DNA from: Nanoarchaeum equitans Kin4-M
GTDB lineage: Archaea > Nanobdellota > Nanobdellia > Nanobdellales > Nanoarchaeaceae
DNA length: 32,000 nt
Reading direction: 5' to 3'
Assembly (NCBI GenBank): GCA_000008085.1
Contig: AE017199.1
Coordinates: 458,886-490,885 of the forward strand
The notes beneath the pieces were generated by a model. The model ran no database searches. It was not told the origin of the DNA and was given only the letters and a program-made list of their open reading frames with translations. Of the stretch, positions 8,235 to 16,315 are shown piece after piece. Each line of letters begins with the position of its first letter. The first letter of the stretch is position 1. The position numbers and the translations under genes were made by a program.

Positions 8235-9700
8235 AGATGGGACAAATCGTAATCTTTTATGAGCTTTATTGTATCATGTTTTATACTCCTTATTTTTAAT
8301 GGCATCGGTAACCTAAATTCTACCGAGTAAAAGTAAGCTGTATATTTGGGCAACCCTTTTATAGAAGAAGCGCTAATCCCTAACATATCTGCAACTCTAT
8401 TTATGTCTTCTCTAGCAGTTAACCTAAAGGCTGCTATAGTTGTTAGTTGTGACAATAATTCGCTATCTAAACCAGAAGGGCTTTGCGCCACTACTAACAA
8501 ATGCACATTAAATTTTCTTCCCTCCCTAGCTAAAGTAATAGCAGTTTCTAACAAATCTTCATATGTTCTATTTAAATAGGCATGAGCTTCTTCCATAACT
8601 ATATAAATATTGCTTTTTTCCAAGTTAGATAAATCAATTTCCCCAGTTTTTAATAATAATGTTTCGTATAATAGTATACTCAATACCGCACCATAAATTT
8701 TTGTGCTTAGCCTTTTTGCTTTCAATCTTATTACATTTATTTGGTTAGGAACTATCCTTTCTATTATATATTGGTTGCCTATACTTGGTTTTAGCAATAA
8801 TAGATCTTTGGCAAACCTTTCTATTGCTCTCCATCTTCTTAATAATCTAATTCTTGTTTTGTCATAATCCTCAACCAAATTCATAGATAGCCTATTTAGT
8901 TTTTGCTTTAGCTCTCTAAACTCTTCTAAATTTTTATTTCCCCACATGGTCTCAAAGAAATCCGCTATAGTTCTATTCTCGAACAAAGAATTGTCCGCTT
9001 CATACAACAAATCTAAAGTATTAAAAAGAACTGTATGTAGGTTAGTATAATTTGGGGGTACATTAAATAATAATTCATAGAATGATACATATTCGTTAGG
9101 GTTTAGGTTTTTTATATCTATTTTTATTTCGGGGTATTTAGCATAATCTCCAAAAGCCTGTTCATATTCGCCATGCCTATCTAATATAATTATTGTAGCA
9201 TCGGGATCCTCTTTTTTGATTTGTTTTAATATTAGTTTAACGAAATTGGATTTACCACTACCGGTTTGACCAAAAACCCCGATGTGGGGCGAGAATATAA
9301 CATTTTTGTTAGTGTATATTTTTATATTGCTGGCTTTCCCTATTTCTATACTACCTTTGGGAATTGCTTTTTCTATCTCTTCTTCTTTTGCTTTCCTAAT
9401 TAAAACATTGTGTGTTGGGATATCTATTATTTCGCTATCATTTTGGGCTAATAATTGTATAACATACAAATTTTTTCCTCTATTTTCGATCCATTCACTT
9501 TCTTTTAATATTCTTTCAAATTTTAGATCGATAAAAGCTTTTCCTATTTCTCCCAAAGTAAATCTTTTGTTTTTAACTATACCGATCCATTTGTCTTGGT
9601 TTTTCTCTATAATTACATAATCATCTAAATGTAAATTCTCCTTAGTAAGAATTTTTATTTCTTCTCTATCCGCTTCTAGCACTACAGCATTATATTCCAT
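8231..9700 (-). CDS. HerA/DUF87-type hexameric ATPase (FtsK-HerA superfamily)
   Basis: Walker A GVFGQTGSGKSN, IIILDRHGEY, Walker B IYIVMEEAHAYL, and an N-terminal barrel-like region; 489 aa. Confidence 0.8.
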   Translation of the reverse strand: MEYNAVVLEADREEIKILTKENLHLDDYVIIEKNQDKWIGIVKNKRFTLGEIGKAFIDLKFERILKESEWIENRGKNLYVIQLLAQNDSEIIDIPTHNVLIRKAKEEEIEKAIPKGSIEIGKASNIKIYTNKNVIFSPHIGVFGQTGSGKSNFVKLILKQIKKEDPDATIIILDRHGEYEQAFGDYAKYPEIKIDIKNLNPNEYVSFYELLFNVPPNYTNLHTVLFNTLDLLYEADNSLFENRTIADFFETMWGNKNLEEFRELKQKLNRLSMNLVEDYDKTRIRLLRRWRAIERFAKDLLLLKPSIGNQYIIERIVPNQINVIRLKAKRLSTKIYGAVLSILLYETLLLKTGEIDLSNLEKSNIYIVMEEAHAYLNRTYEDLLETAITLAREGRKFNVHLLVVAQSPSGLDSELLSQLTTIAAFRLTAREDINRVADMLGISASSIKGLPKYTAYFYSVEFRLPMPLKIRSIKHDTIKLIKDYDLSHL

Positions 9701-9728
9701 TTTTAATACGAAAATACTTAATTTAAAT

Positions 9729-9818
9729 ATGCGCTATCTTGGCAAAAAGAGAGTTATTTTATATGATTTATCTACTGAATCGGGTAAATTTTATGTTAAT
9801 GGGCTAGTTTTACACAAT
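9729..9818 (+). other. Split mini-intein C-terminal fragment (30 aa)
   Basis: Terminal ...VLHN is followed by the +1 nucleophile Thr (ACC at 9819). This matches the published description of the N. equitans split PolB intein, which has a 30-aa C-piece. Confidence 0.85.
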
Positions 9819-10490
9819 ACCGATTCATTATTCATTTCTGGGGACAAAGACAAAGTATTAGAATTTTTAGAGAAAGTAAATAAAGAATTACCCGGTAAAA
9901 TACAATTAGATTTAGAAGATTTCTATGTTAGAGGGATATTCGTAAAAAAGAGGGGTGAACAAAAGGGGGCAAAAAAGAAATATGCTTTATTAAGCGAACA
10001 AGGTTACATAAAGCTAAGGGGCTTCGAAGCAGTAAGAACAGACTGGGCTCCCATAGTTAAAGAAGTCCAAACAAAGCTATTGGAAATTTTGCTAAAAGAA
10101 GGTAACATAGAAAAAGCAAGACAATACATAAAAGAAATTATTAGAAAGCTAAGAAATAGAGAAATACCATGGGAGAAGCTTTTAATTACAGAAACGATAA
10201 GAAAGCCTTTAGAAAAATACAAAGTTGAAGCTCCTCATGTGGCAGCAGCAAAAAAATATAAAAGGTTGGGCTATAAAGTTATGCCTGGCTTTAGAGTTAG
10301 ATATTTAGTGGTAGGTAGCACTGGAAGGGTTTCAGATAGAATTAAAATAGACAAAGAAGTTAGGGGTAATGAATATGACCCCGAATACTACATAGAAAAA
10401 CAACTATTGCCTGCAGTAGAGCAAATATTAGAATCTGTAGGTATTAAAGACACATTCACAGGCAAAAAACTAACAGATTTCTTTAAATGA
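9729..10490 (+). CDS. polB: DNA polymerase B, C-terminal split fragment (intein-C piece plus C-extein)
   Basis: The first 30 aa, MRYLGKKRVILYDLSTESGKFYVNGLVLHN, end in the intein His-Asn. The next residues, TDSLFISG, complete polymerase motif C (DTDS). The remainder is the thumb domain (KKKYALL..., RGFEAVRTDW..). Confidence 0.9.
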   Translation: MRYLGKKRVILYDLSTESGKFYVNGLVLHNTDSLFISGDKDKVLEFLEKVNKELPGKIQLDLEDFYVRGIFVKKRGEQKGAKKKYALLSEQGYIKLRGFEAVRTDWAPIVKEVQTKLLEILLKEGNIEKARQYIKEIIRKLRNREIPWEKLLITETIRKPLEKYKVEAPHVAAAKKYKRLGYKVMPGFRVRYLVVGSTGRVSDRIKIDKEVRGNEYDPEYYIEKQLLPAVEQILESVGIKDTFTGKKLTDFFK

Positions 10491-10888
10491 ACAGGAAAGA
10501 TCATTTCCTATTAACATTACCTTGGGCTTACATATTTTTTAGGCTAAAATATACTAAAATACAAGCAATAATTTTAGCTATTTTATGTGCTTATTTGACA
10601 TTTTTGCCAGATCTTGATTTGGTTTTAGGAATAAAGCATAGAACTATAACCCATTCCTTGTTAATAGTGTTATTATTTTTTATTCTATATTATTTAACCA
10701 AATTTTTCTTCTTTGAAGTATTAGCCTTAGCTTTCCTTTTCCATATAATAGAGGATTCCTTTACTAGTATGGGCATAAAATTGTATCCATTAAATTATAG
10801 AATTAGATTGGGTAAAACCGGTTATTGGATTAATGTAGCATCAATAATTTCTTTATTATTGTTCATATGGCTCGCTTTAAACTATTGA
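10487..10888 (+). CDS. Membrane-bound metal-dependent hydrolase-like protein (DUF457/YdjM-like)
   Basis: 133 aa with ~4 hydrophobic helices and an HRTITHS motif. An ATGA overlap joins it to the polB fragment stop. Confidence 0.5.
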   Translation: MNRKDHFLLTLPWAYIFFRLKYTKIQAIILAILCAYLTFLPDLDLVLGIKHRTITHSLLIVLLFFILYYLTKFFFFEVLALAFLFHIIEDSFTSMGIKLYPLNYRIRLGKTGYWINVASIISLLLFIWLALNY

Positions 10889-10902
10889 TTATATAATAAA
10901 AA

Positions 10903-11874
10903 ATGCTCGAAATATGGGAAAAACTAATAATCCCGATAATAGTTTCTTTTGCTATTATTATATTGCTAGATAAATTCTTTTTCAAAGACGATAAAGCTTT
11001 TATCTTGCTTAGAAAGAACCTATACTTAGGTTTCTTCATTGGAACTATATATGCGGTACTGTATTTCTTTAACCTAAAAATTTTGGGTGATTTGGTTGCT
11101 ATAATTTATGCAGCAAAGCTTTTGGATAATATTATAGTTATATATATTAGAAGGATTGTTGGGGAATTTTTCAAAACAAAAGAAACAGAATTCGCTATAA
11201 TTTTGATTGCAAGAACATTCCTATGGCTTACCGCAGTACATATGGTTTTATCTTCTTTTGGAATAGATATTGCCCCATTATTGACTTCTTTGGGTATAGG
11301 TTCTATAGTTATAGGTTTGGCTTTGCAAAGCACACTATCTAATTTCTTTTCGGGAATGGCAATCGCTAGTGAAGGTATTTTAAAAGAAGGAGATATAATT
11401 GAATTGCCCGAATTAGGAATTAGGGGCACTATAATAGATATAACTTGGAGAGGAGTACATATTAAAACCATAAGTGATACTATCGCTATTATACCCTTCA
11501 ATTACATAAACAACAATATAATAATAAACAAAACGAAGCATTGGCCTTGGTATTGGGGTAGAATAAATTTCGGTATATCTTATTATAGTGATTTAGATAA
11601 AGCTAAACAATTAATAAGAACAATCCTAAAAGAAAAAGGTTTAGAAGGAGATGTAAGGTTTACTAATTTTGGCGATAACAATATAGAAGGAGTAATCTTT
11701 TTCAAAGTTTATAATATTTTAGATGAATTAAAATATAAAGACGAATTAATTAGAGAAATAAAAAGGCGCTTCGATAGGGAAGGCATAGAAATAAGTTTCC
11801 CGAACAGGAATATCTATTTAAGACCAGAAGGCCTAGACAAAGTTTTAGACATTATAAAACGGGGTTTGCAATAG
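10903..11874 (+). CDS. Small-conductance mechanosensitive channel (MscS family)
   Basis: TM helices followed by the pore-helix signature GIGSIVIGLALQSTLSNFFSGMAI and the beta domain GDIIEL...GTIIDITWRGVHIKT. Confidence 0.9.
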   Translation: MLEIWEKLIIPIIVSFAIIILLDKFFFKDDKAFILLRKNLYLGFFIGTIYAVLYFFNLKILGDLVAIIYAAKLLDNIIVIYIRRIVGEFFKTKETEFAIILIARTFLWLTAVHMVLSSFGIDIAPLLTSLGIGSIVIGLALQSTLSNFFSGMAIASEGILKEGDIIELPELGIRGTIIDITWRGVHIKTISDTIAIIPFNYINNNIIINKTKHWPWYWGRINFGISYYSDLDKAKQLIRTILKEKGLEGDVRFTNFGDNNIEGVIFFKVYNILDELKYKDELIREIKRRFDREGIEISFPNRNIYLRPEGLDKVLDIIKRGLQ

Positions 11875-12259
11875 GTATAGATAATTCTTTTGCTTTTTCT
11901 AATATTTGTTGCCTTTTCCTTTTACCTACAGCATGGTGTATAACTGCTATTTCTCCTTCTTTTATTTTTGTTAGTTCTTCAACATTATGTATAATAACTG
12001 GTTTTAATCCATTTGGTAATAGGCCTCTAACTTTTCTAGGAGACCTATAACCTGGTTCTGGGGGCCTTGGTTTACCTTTCATTTTAAGCCTAAATTTATT
12101 GTCCCTACCATGGCCCCATCTCCATTTTGGATCATTTCTGAAAGCTTTTTTCCTATACCAGTTGGTTCTTAAAAATTCAGGTTTCTTTCTTTTTAGTTTT
12201 CTTCTAATCTTTAGATAATGGCCCATTCCTTTAGGTTTAATTATTAGTTTAAAAATCAA
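11852..12259 (-). CDS. rpl32e: Ribosomal protein L32e
   Basis: KKPEFLRTNWYRKKAFRNDPKWRWGHGRDNKFRLKMKGKPRPPEPGYRSPRKVRGLLPNG...VGKRKRQQILEKA is the L32e family pattern. The true start may be the internal Met (MGHYLKIRRK). Confidence 0.9.
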   Translation of the reverse strand: MIFKLIIKPKGMGHYLKIRRKLKRKKPEFLRTNWYRKKAFRNDPKWRWGHGRDNKFRLKMKGKPRPPEPGYRSPRKVRGLLPNGLKPVIIHNVEELTKIKEGEIAVIHHAVGKRKRQQILEKAKELSIPIANPVL

Positions 12260-12319
12260 ATCTTTTTACTACTAGATAGTGGTAATTGCGTCTTTTCAAA
12301 TATCTCTTATTGACCTAAA

Positions 12320-12402
12320 GCCGCCGTGCCCGAGCGGTCAAGGGGCCTGCCTGCTAAGCAGGTCCCCGTATGGGGGCGGGGGTTCGAATCCCCCCGGCGG
12401 CG
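12320..12402 (+). tRNA. tRNA-Ser (anticodon GCU), class II
   Basis: Hand-folded. Acceptor GCCGCCG/CGGCGGC, anticodon stem CCTGC/GCAGG, loop CTGCTAA, long variable arm TCCCCGTATGGGGGC, T arm GGGGG-TTCGAAT-CCCCC, discriminator G. CCA is not encoded. Confidence 0.9.
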
Positions 12403-12435
12403 CTAAAGCTTTAAATGTTTTATAATAATCTCTCT

Positions 12436-12507
12436 GGGCCCGTAGTCTAGGGGTATGACGCCGCCCTGACGAGGCGGAGGTCCGGGGTTCGAATCCCCGC
12501 GGGCCCA
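12436..12507 (+). tRNA. tRNA-Val (anticodon GAC)
   Basis: Hand-folded. Acceptor GGGCCCG/CGGGCCC, anticodon stem CCGCC/GGCGG, loop CTGACGA, T arm CGGGG-TTCGAAT-CCCCG, discriminator A; 72 nt. Confidence 0.9.
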
Positions 12508-12564
12508 TGTATTCACTAAACCAGAAAAACATTCCATTTAAAATAACTTATTTTAAAGAGTAAT

Positions 12565-12846
12565 GTGGATATAAGGAATTTAGAAAAAAGAATTAGGCTA
12601 TTAGAAGAAAGGCTATCAATTATTGAACAACTAATTGAATCACTAAATTCTCAATTGGTTGAGCTGTCGAAAAATATAAAATATAAATTGTACACAACAG
12701 AAAACGATTTAGAAACAATTAAAAGAAAAATTGATTTAATAGAGAAAAGGATAAAAATTTTAGAGCAAGAAATGAATTTTGTTGCTACAAAAGAGGAATT
12801 AAAGGCTTTAGAAAAAGAAATTGAATACCTCAAGCTAATAAAATGA
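12565..12846 (+). CDS. Hypothetical coiled-coil protein (first gene of a four-ORF overlapping cluster)
   Basis: 93 aa, GTG start, heptad-rich (LEKRIRLLEERLSIIEQLIESL...). A TATA-like TTTAAAATA lies ~28 nt upstream. The stop overlaps the next ATG (ATGA). Confidence 0.5.
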   Translation: MDIRNLEKRIRLLEERLSIIEQLIESLNSQLVELSKNIKYKLYTTENDLETIKRKIDLIEKRIKILEQEMNFVATKEELKALEKEIEYLKLIK

Positions 12847-13187
12847 TAGAGCTATTGTTGTATGGATTATTCTATATTTTGGGTATATTTCTCATTTCAT
12901 TTTTCGCTTCCCATTCATATAGCGCTTTGAATTACCCAATAGAGAAGCAAATTATTCATACTATTGAGATTTTAGATAAACTAAATAACAATAGCACGGT
13001 TTCTATAAGATACAATAATGTAAATGTGAAGATTACATGTGGAACTAATATTGTTTACATTGGTAACTCTATAATAGTGCCATCTAAAAGATTGTCATGC
13101 GATTGTGATAAGCCCCCATACAATGTTGAAATAACATTAAAAGATGGCCAGATAACTATAAAATGCGAGCCATTAATGAAGAAGTAA
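12843..13187 (+). CDS. Hypothetical N-terminally anchored, Cys-containing membrane/surface protein
   Basis: 114 aa with an N-terminal hydrophobic helix MIELLLYGLFYILGIFLISFFA, followed by a beta-rich domain with 4 Cys (..ITCG..LSCDCD..IKCE). Confidence 0.5.
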   Translation: MIELLLYGLFYILGIFLISFFASHSYSALNYPIEKQIIHTIEILDKLNNNSTVSIRYNNVNVKITCGTNIVYIGNSIIVPSKRLSCDCDKPPYNVEITLKDGQITIKCEPLMKK

Positions 13188-13318
13188 TGGCTATAATGAT
13201 AATTTTAGTTTTATTAACAATTACGGTTTTGTTTTTGACAGTAACTCCAATATATTCAAATGCACAAATAGAAAAAGCCATAGATATAGTTAAAAAAGAC
13301 ATACATTTATTACAATGA
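13187..13318 (+). CDS. Small single-pass membrane protein (43 aa; below the ORF-track size cutoff)
   Basis: Translates as MAIMIILVLLTITVLFLTVTPIYSNAQIEKAIDIVKKDIHLLQ. The start shares TAATG with the upstream stop, and the stop shares ATGA with the downstream start. Confidence 0.45.
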   Translation: MAIMIILVLLTITVLFLTVTPIYSNAQIEKAIDIVKKDIHLLQ

Positions 13319-13542
13319 GAGCGGGTATAGCTGATGCAACTATAGCAGTAATCTTAGCTTTAATATTAACTATGATGTCATTCACTTTTGGAATGCTCTA
13401 TTCAATAAAAGGCAAAATTCTTTGTGAATACCAAAATACTAAGATAGAAGATTTCCCAAAAGGGCCGTGTTGCTATCCTATATACTATTTTGAGAATGGA
13501 AACGTGTTAAAAAAATATGTATGTCAAGAACAAAGTGAATAA
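13315..13542 (+). CDS. Hypothetical small membrane protein, possibly pilin-like (class III signal-peptide-like N-terminus)
   Basis: 75 aa. MRAG-IADATIAVILALILTMM resembles a short charged leader plus hydrophobic helix. The C-terminal part is Cys-rich (5 Cys). Confidence 0.45.
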   Translation: MRAGIADATIAVILALILTMMSFTFGMLYSIKGKILCEYQNTKIEDFPKGPCCYPIYYFENGNVLKKYVCQEQSE

Positions 13543-13619
13543 AGCAAAAATAAGGATAACTAAACAAAATAAAAGTAATACTGCTTGAAAGCATTTAAAT
13601 GATAGTGTTCTAAAATAAT

Positions 13620-14063
13620 ATGCAGGTCTCCTTAACACCAGTATCAAAGAAAGACATACATTTATTAGAAACAGTTTTGTTAGTTAAAACCATATTCAGA
13701 CCAGATGTAATAGAGATGATAAAAGACCCAGCAGAGAGAGTAACATGGTTAGACTCTTTAGCTGTTGCAGCTGGGGCATTTGCTAGAAGGCAAGCAGGCA
13801 TGTCTATTCCAGAAATAGCAGAAGAACTTGGAAGAAGTGAAGCAACAATTAGAAAACATTTGAACCAAGAGACAAAAGCTGGTAAATTAGTTGCAGAAAC
13901 ATTAGAAGAGCTAAGAAAGGCCGGAGGTAAAGTAGAGTTCGAAGTTATAGATGCATTAGAATACAAAGCTAAAGTAAGCAAAGTCAAAGAAGAGCTATCC
14001 AAAGCTTTAGAAGAAGTTAAAGACGCTTTAAACAAAATCGAAGACGCTTTAAATTCTCTATAA
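13620..14063 (+). CDS. HTH DNA-binding protein (putative transcription regulator) with a C-terminal coiled coil
   Basis: 147 aa. The GMSIPEIAEELGRSEATIRKHL helix-turn-helix is followed by a K/E-rich helix. Preferred over the low-complexity antisense ORF 13610-14035. Confidence 0.6.
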   Translation: MQVSLTPVSKKDIHLLETVLLVKTIFRPDVIEMIKDPAERVTWLDSLAVAAGAFARRQAGMSIPEIAEELGRSEATIRKHLNQETKAGKLVAETLEELRKAGGKVEFEVIDALEYKAKVSKVKEELSKALEEVKDALNKIEDALNSL

Positions 14064-14105
14064 ATTAGATAGAGAATATCCTATTATCGATTTTTATAAA
14101 TTATT

Positions 14106-15320
14106 ATGTCTCTCTATTTAATGCAAATCAAAGGTTGGGTCCATAAAGTTAGAGATTTAGGTAAAATAAAGTTCCTCTTAATTAGGGACGGTTATAAAAT
14201 AATGCAAGCTGTAATAAAGAAGGGGGAGTCTCCTGATTATTTATTGGATTTAGACATACCAATAGAGAGTGCTGTAGAAATAGAAGGTGAAGAAAGGGAG
14301 ACCAACGGCAAAAAAGAGATATTAGTAAAAGATTTAAAGATATTAGCAAAAGCAGAACCATTGCCTATAGATCCTAAAAAAGCTACTCCTAAAAAAAGGT
14401 TTGACTATAGAATTATAGATCTAAAATTGCCAGAAAGACAAACCTTATTTAGATTAAGGGCCAAAGTACAAAAATTCTTTAGAGATTGGTTTATGGAAAA
14501 TGGTTTTGTCGAAATAAATACTCCTAAAATAGTTATCATAGGAGCAGAAAGCGGAGCAGAGGTGTTCCCAGTATTGTATTTTGGGAAAGAGGCTTATTTA
14601 ACACAATCTCCCCAATTGTATAAACAAATGATGGTTTCGGTATTTCCAAAGGTATTCGAAATTGCTTTCGCTTATAGGGCAGAGCCATCGAGGACTTCAA
14701 GACATTTAGCAGAATTCACTTCTGTAGATGCTGAAATGGGATTTATAAAAGATGAATATGATGTTATTAATACAATAAAGAAAATGTTAATCGATGTTAG
14801 TGAAAAGGCGATGCAAACAAAAGAATTTGAAGAATTAGCCAAACCCATAGATTTGGGTTTTGAGATTATTACTTTTGATGAAGCAAAAGAAATAGTAAAA
14901 GGCAATCCCAATGAAGATTTAACAACAGAAGAAGAGAGAAAATTAGGAGAACATTTTATGGAAGAGGGGGTAAGCTTTGTAGCAGTAACCAAATACCCAT
15001 GGAGTGAAAGGCCATTTTATACTATGCGATTAGATGATAACCCATCTTATACAAGAGGTTTTGATATTATATTTAGAGGGCTAGAAATAATAAGTGGGGC
15101 ACAAAGAGAGCATCGCTATGAAAAGTTATTAGAAAACATAAAAGAAAAAGGAATAGATCCAAACAAGTTAGAATATTATTTAATGGCTTTCAAATATGGT
15201 ATGCCCCCTCATGGGGGATTTGGATTGGGATTAGAGAGGTATTTAAGACAATTATTAGGATTAGACGATGTTAGGGAAGTAATACTCTTTTATAGAGACA
15301 TAGATAGGTTATTGCCGTGA
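14106..15320 (+). CDS. aspS: Aspartyl-tRNA synthetase, archaeal type (class IIb)
   Basis: OB-fold N-terminus GWVHKVRDLGKIKFLLIRDG, motif 2 FAYRAEPSRTSRHLAEFTSVDAEM, motif 3 GGFGLGLERYL. AsnRS is not fully excluded. Confidence 0.8.
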   Translation: MSLYLMQIKGWVHKVRDLGKIKFLLIRDGYKIMQAVIKKGESPDYLLDLDIPIESAVEIEGEERETNGKKEILVKDLKILAKAEPLPIDPKKATPKKRFDYRIIDLKLPERQTLFRLRAKVQKFFRDWFMENGFVEINTPKIVIIGAESGAEVFPVLYFGKEAYLTQSPQLYKQMMVSVFPKVFEIAFAYRAEPSRTSRHLAEFTSVDAEMGFIKDEYDVINTIKKMLIDVSEKAMQTKEFEELAKPIDLGFEIITFDEAKEIVKGNPNEDLTTEEERKLGEHFMEEGVSFVAVTKYPWSERPFYTMRLDDNPSYTRGFDIIFRGLEIISGAQREHRYEKLLENIKEKGIDPNKLEYYLMAFKYGMPPHGGFGLGLERYLRQLLGLDDVREVILFYRDIDRLLP

Positions 15321-16315
15321 CAAAATATATAGAATACAAGGGGTTTAAAATTAAAGAGCGCTTTGTAAAGCATTATGAAAAAATTGTTGATGATATAGAT
15401 TTGTTCTTAGATTGGAGTTTAAGACCATTAAAAAAAGCTATTAGGGTTAACACATTGAAATTAAAAGATGATATAGGTAATTTAAACAAAGAAAACCCAT
15501 TTCCAAAACTAATAAGCGCCAAAGAGATACTAAAATCTTTAGAAGAAGAAGGGTGGGAGATAGAACCAATTCCTTTCTATAAATATGGTTTTTGGGTTAG
15601 ACATGAAAGCGAATCCATTGGAAATACATGGCAATTCCAAATGGGCTATATATATTCCCAAGAAGCAGCATCGATGATACCACCCTTGGCTTTAGATTTG
15701 GAAGAAAACCTATTAATATTAGATATGGCCGCTGCTCCTGGCTCTAAAACAACACAAATAGCAATGCATACTCAAAATAATTCCTATATAATAGCTAACG
15801 ACATTTCTTTAGATAGAATCTCTGCTTTGGCAGAAAATGTTCAAAGAACAGGCTCTTTAGTTACTATTACAATGCAAGATGGCAGGAATTTTAAAAAATA
15901 TAAAAATACTTTTGATAGAATATTATTAGATGCGCCTTGCTCCGGGGTAGGAGCATTAAGAAAATCGTACAAAACCTTACAAATGTGGAATCCTAATATG
16001 ATAGAGAGACTATCTAAATTGCAAAGACAACTAATCCAAGCAGCATTCGAAGCTTTAAAACCAAATGGTATTTTAGTTTATTCCACATGCACATTAGAGC
16101 CTTTGGAAAATGAATTTGTTGTAAATTGGCTATTAGAAAGGTACGAAAATGCCAAAATAGAACCAATAAGAATAGAAAACCTAAAATCGAGCGAACCAAT
16201 ATTAGAATGGGAGAACTATAAATTTTTCGATGATATTAAATATACATTAAGAATTTACCCTTGGGACAATGATACAGAAGGCTTTTATATTGCGAAAATA
16301 AGAAAATTGGAATGA
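15317..16315 (+). CDS. NOL1/NOP2/Sun-family RNA cytosine-C5 methyltransferase
   Basis: DMAAAPGSKTT motif I, plus DRILLDAPCSGVG and VYSTCTLEPLENE catalytic-Cys motifs. Confidence 0.9.
   Translation: MTKYIEYKGFKIKERFVKHYEKIVDDIDLFLDWSLRPLKKAIRVNTLKLKDDIGNLNKENPFPKLISAKEILKSLEEEGWEIEPIPFYKYGFWVRHESESIGNTWQFQMGYIYSQEAASMIPPLALDLEENLLILDMAAAPGSKTTQIAMHTQNNSYIIANDISLDRISALAENVQRTGSLVTITMQDGRNFKKYKNTFDRILLDAPCSGVGALRKSYKTLQMWNPNMIERLSKLQRQLIQAAFEALKPNGILVYSTCTLEPLENEFVVNWLLERYENAKIEPIRIENLKSSEPILEWENYKFFDDIKYTLRIYPWDNDTEGFYIAKIRKLE

Noticed and set aside
12338-12532. 64-aa minus-strand ORF from the track
   Set aside because: It lies entirely over the two GC-rich tRNA genes (tRNA-Ser GCU and tRNA-Val GAC). 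Its Pro/Gly/Arg-rich translation is an artefact of the tRNA sequence.
13610-14035. 141-aa minus-strand ORF overlapping the HTH protein gene
   Set aside because: It is a low-complexity Ser/Leu/Ala-rich mirror of the K/E-rich plus-strand gene, which has a clear HTH motif and a promoter-like upstream region.
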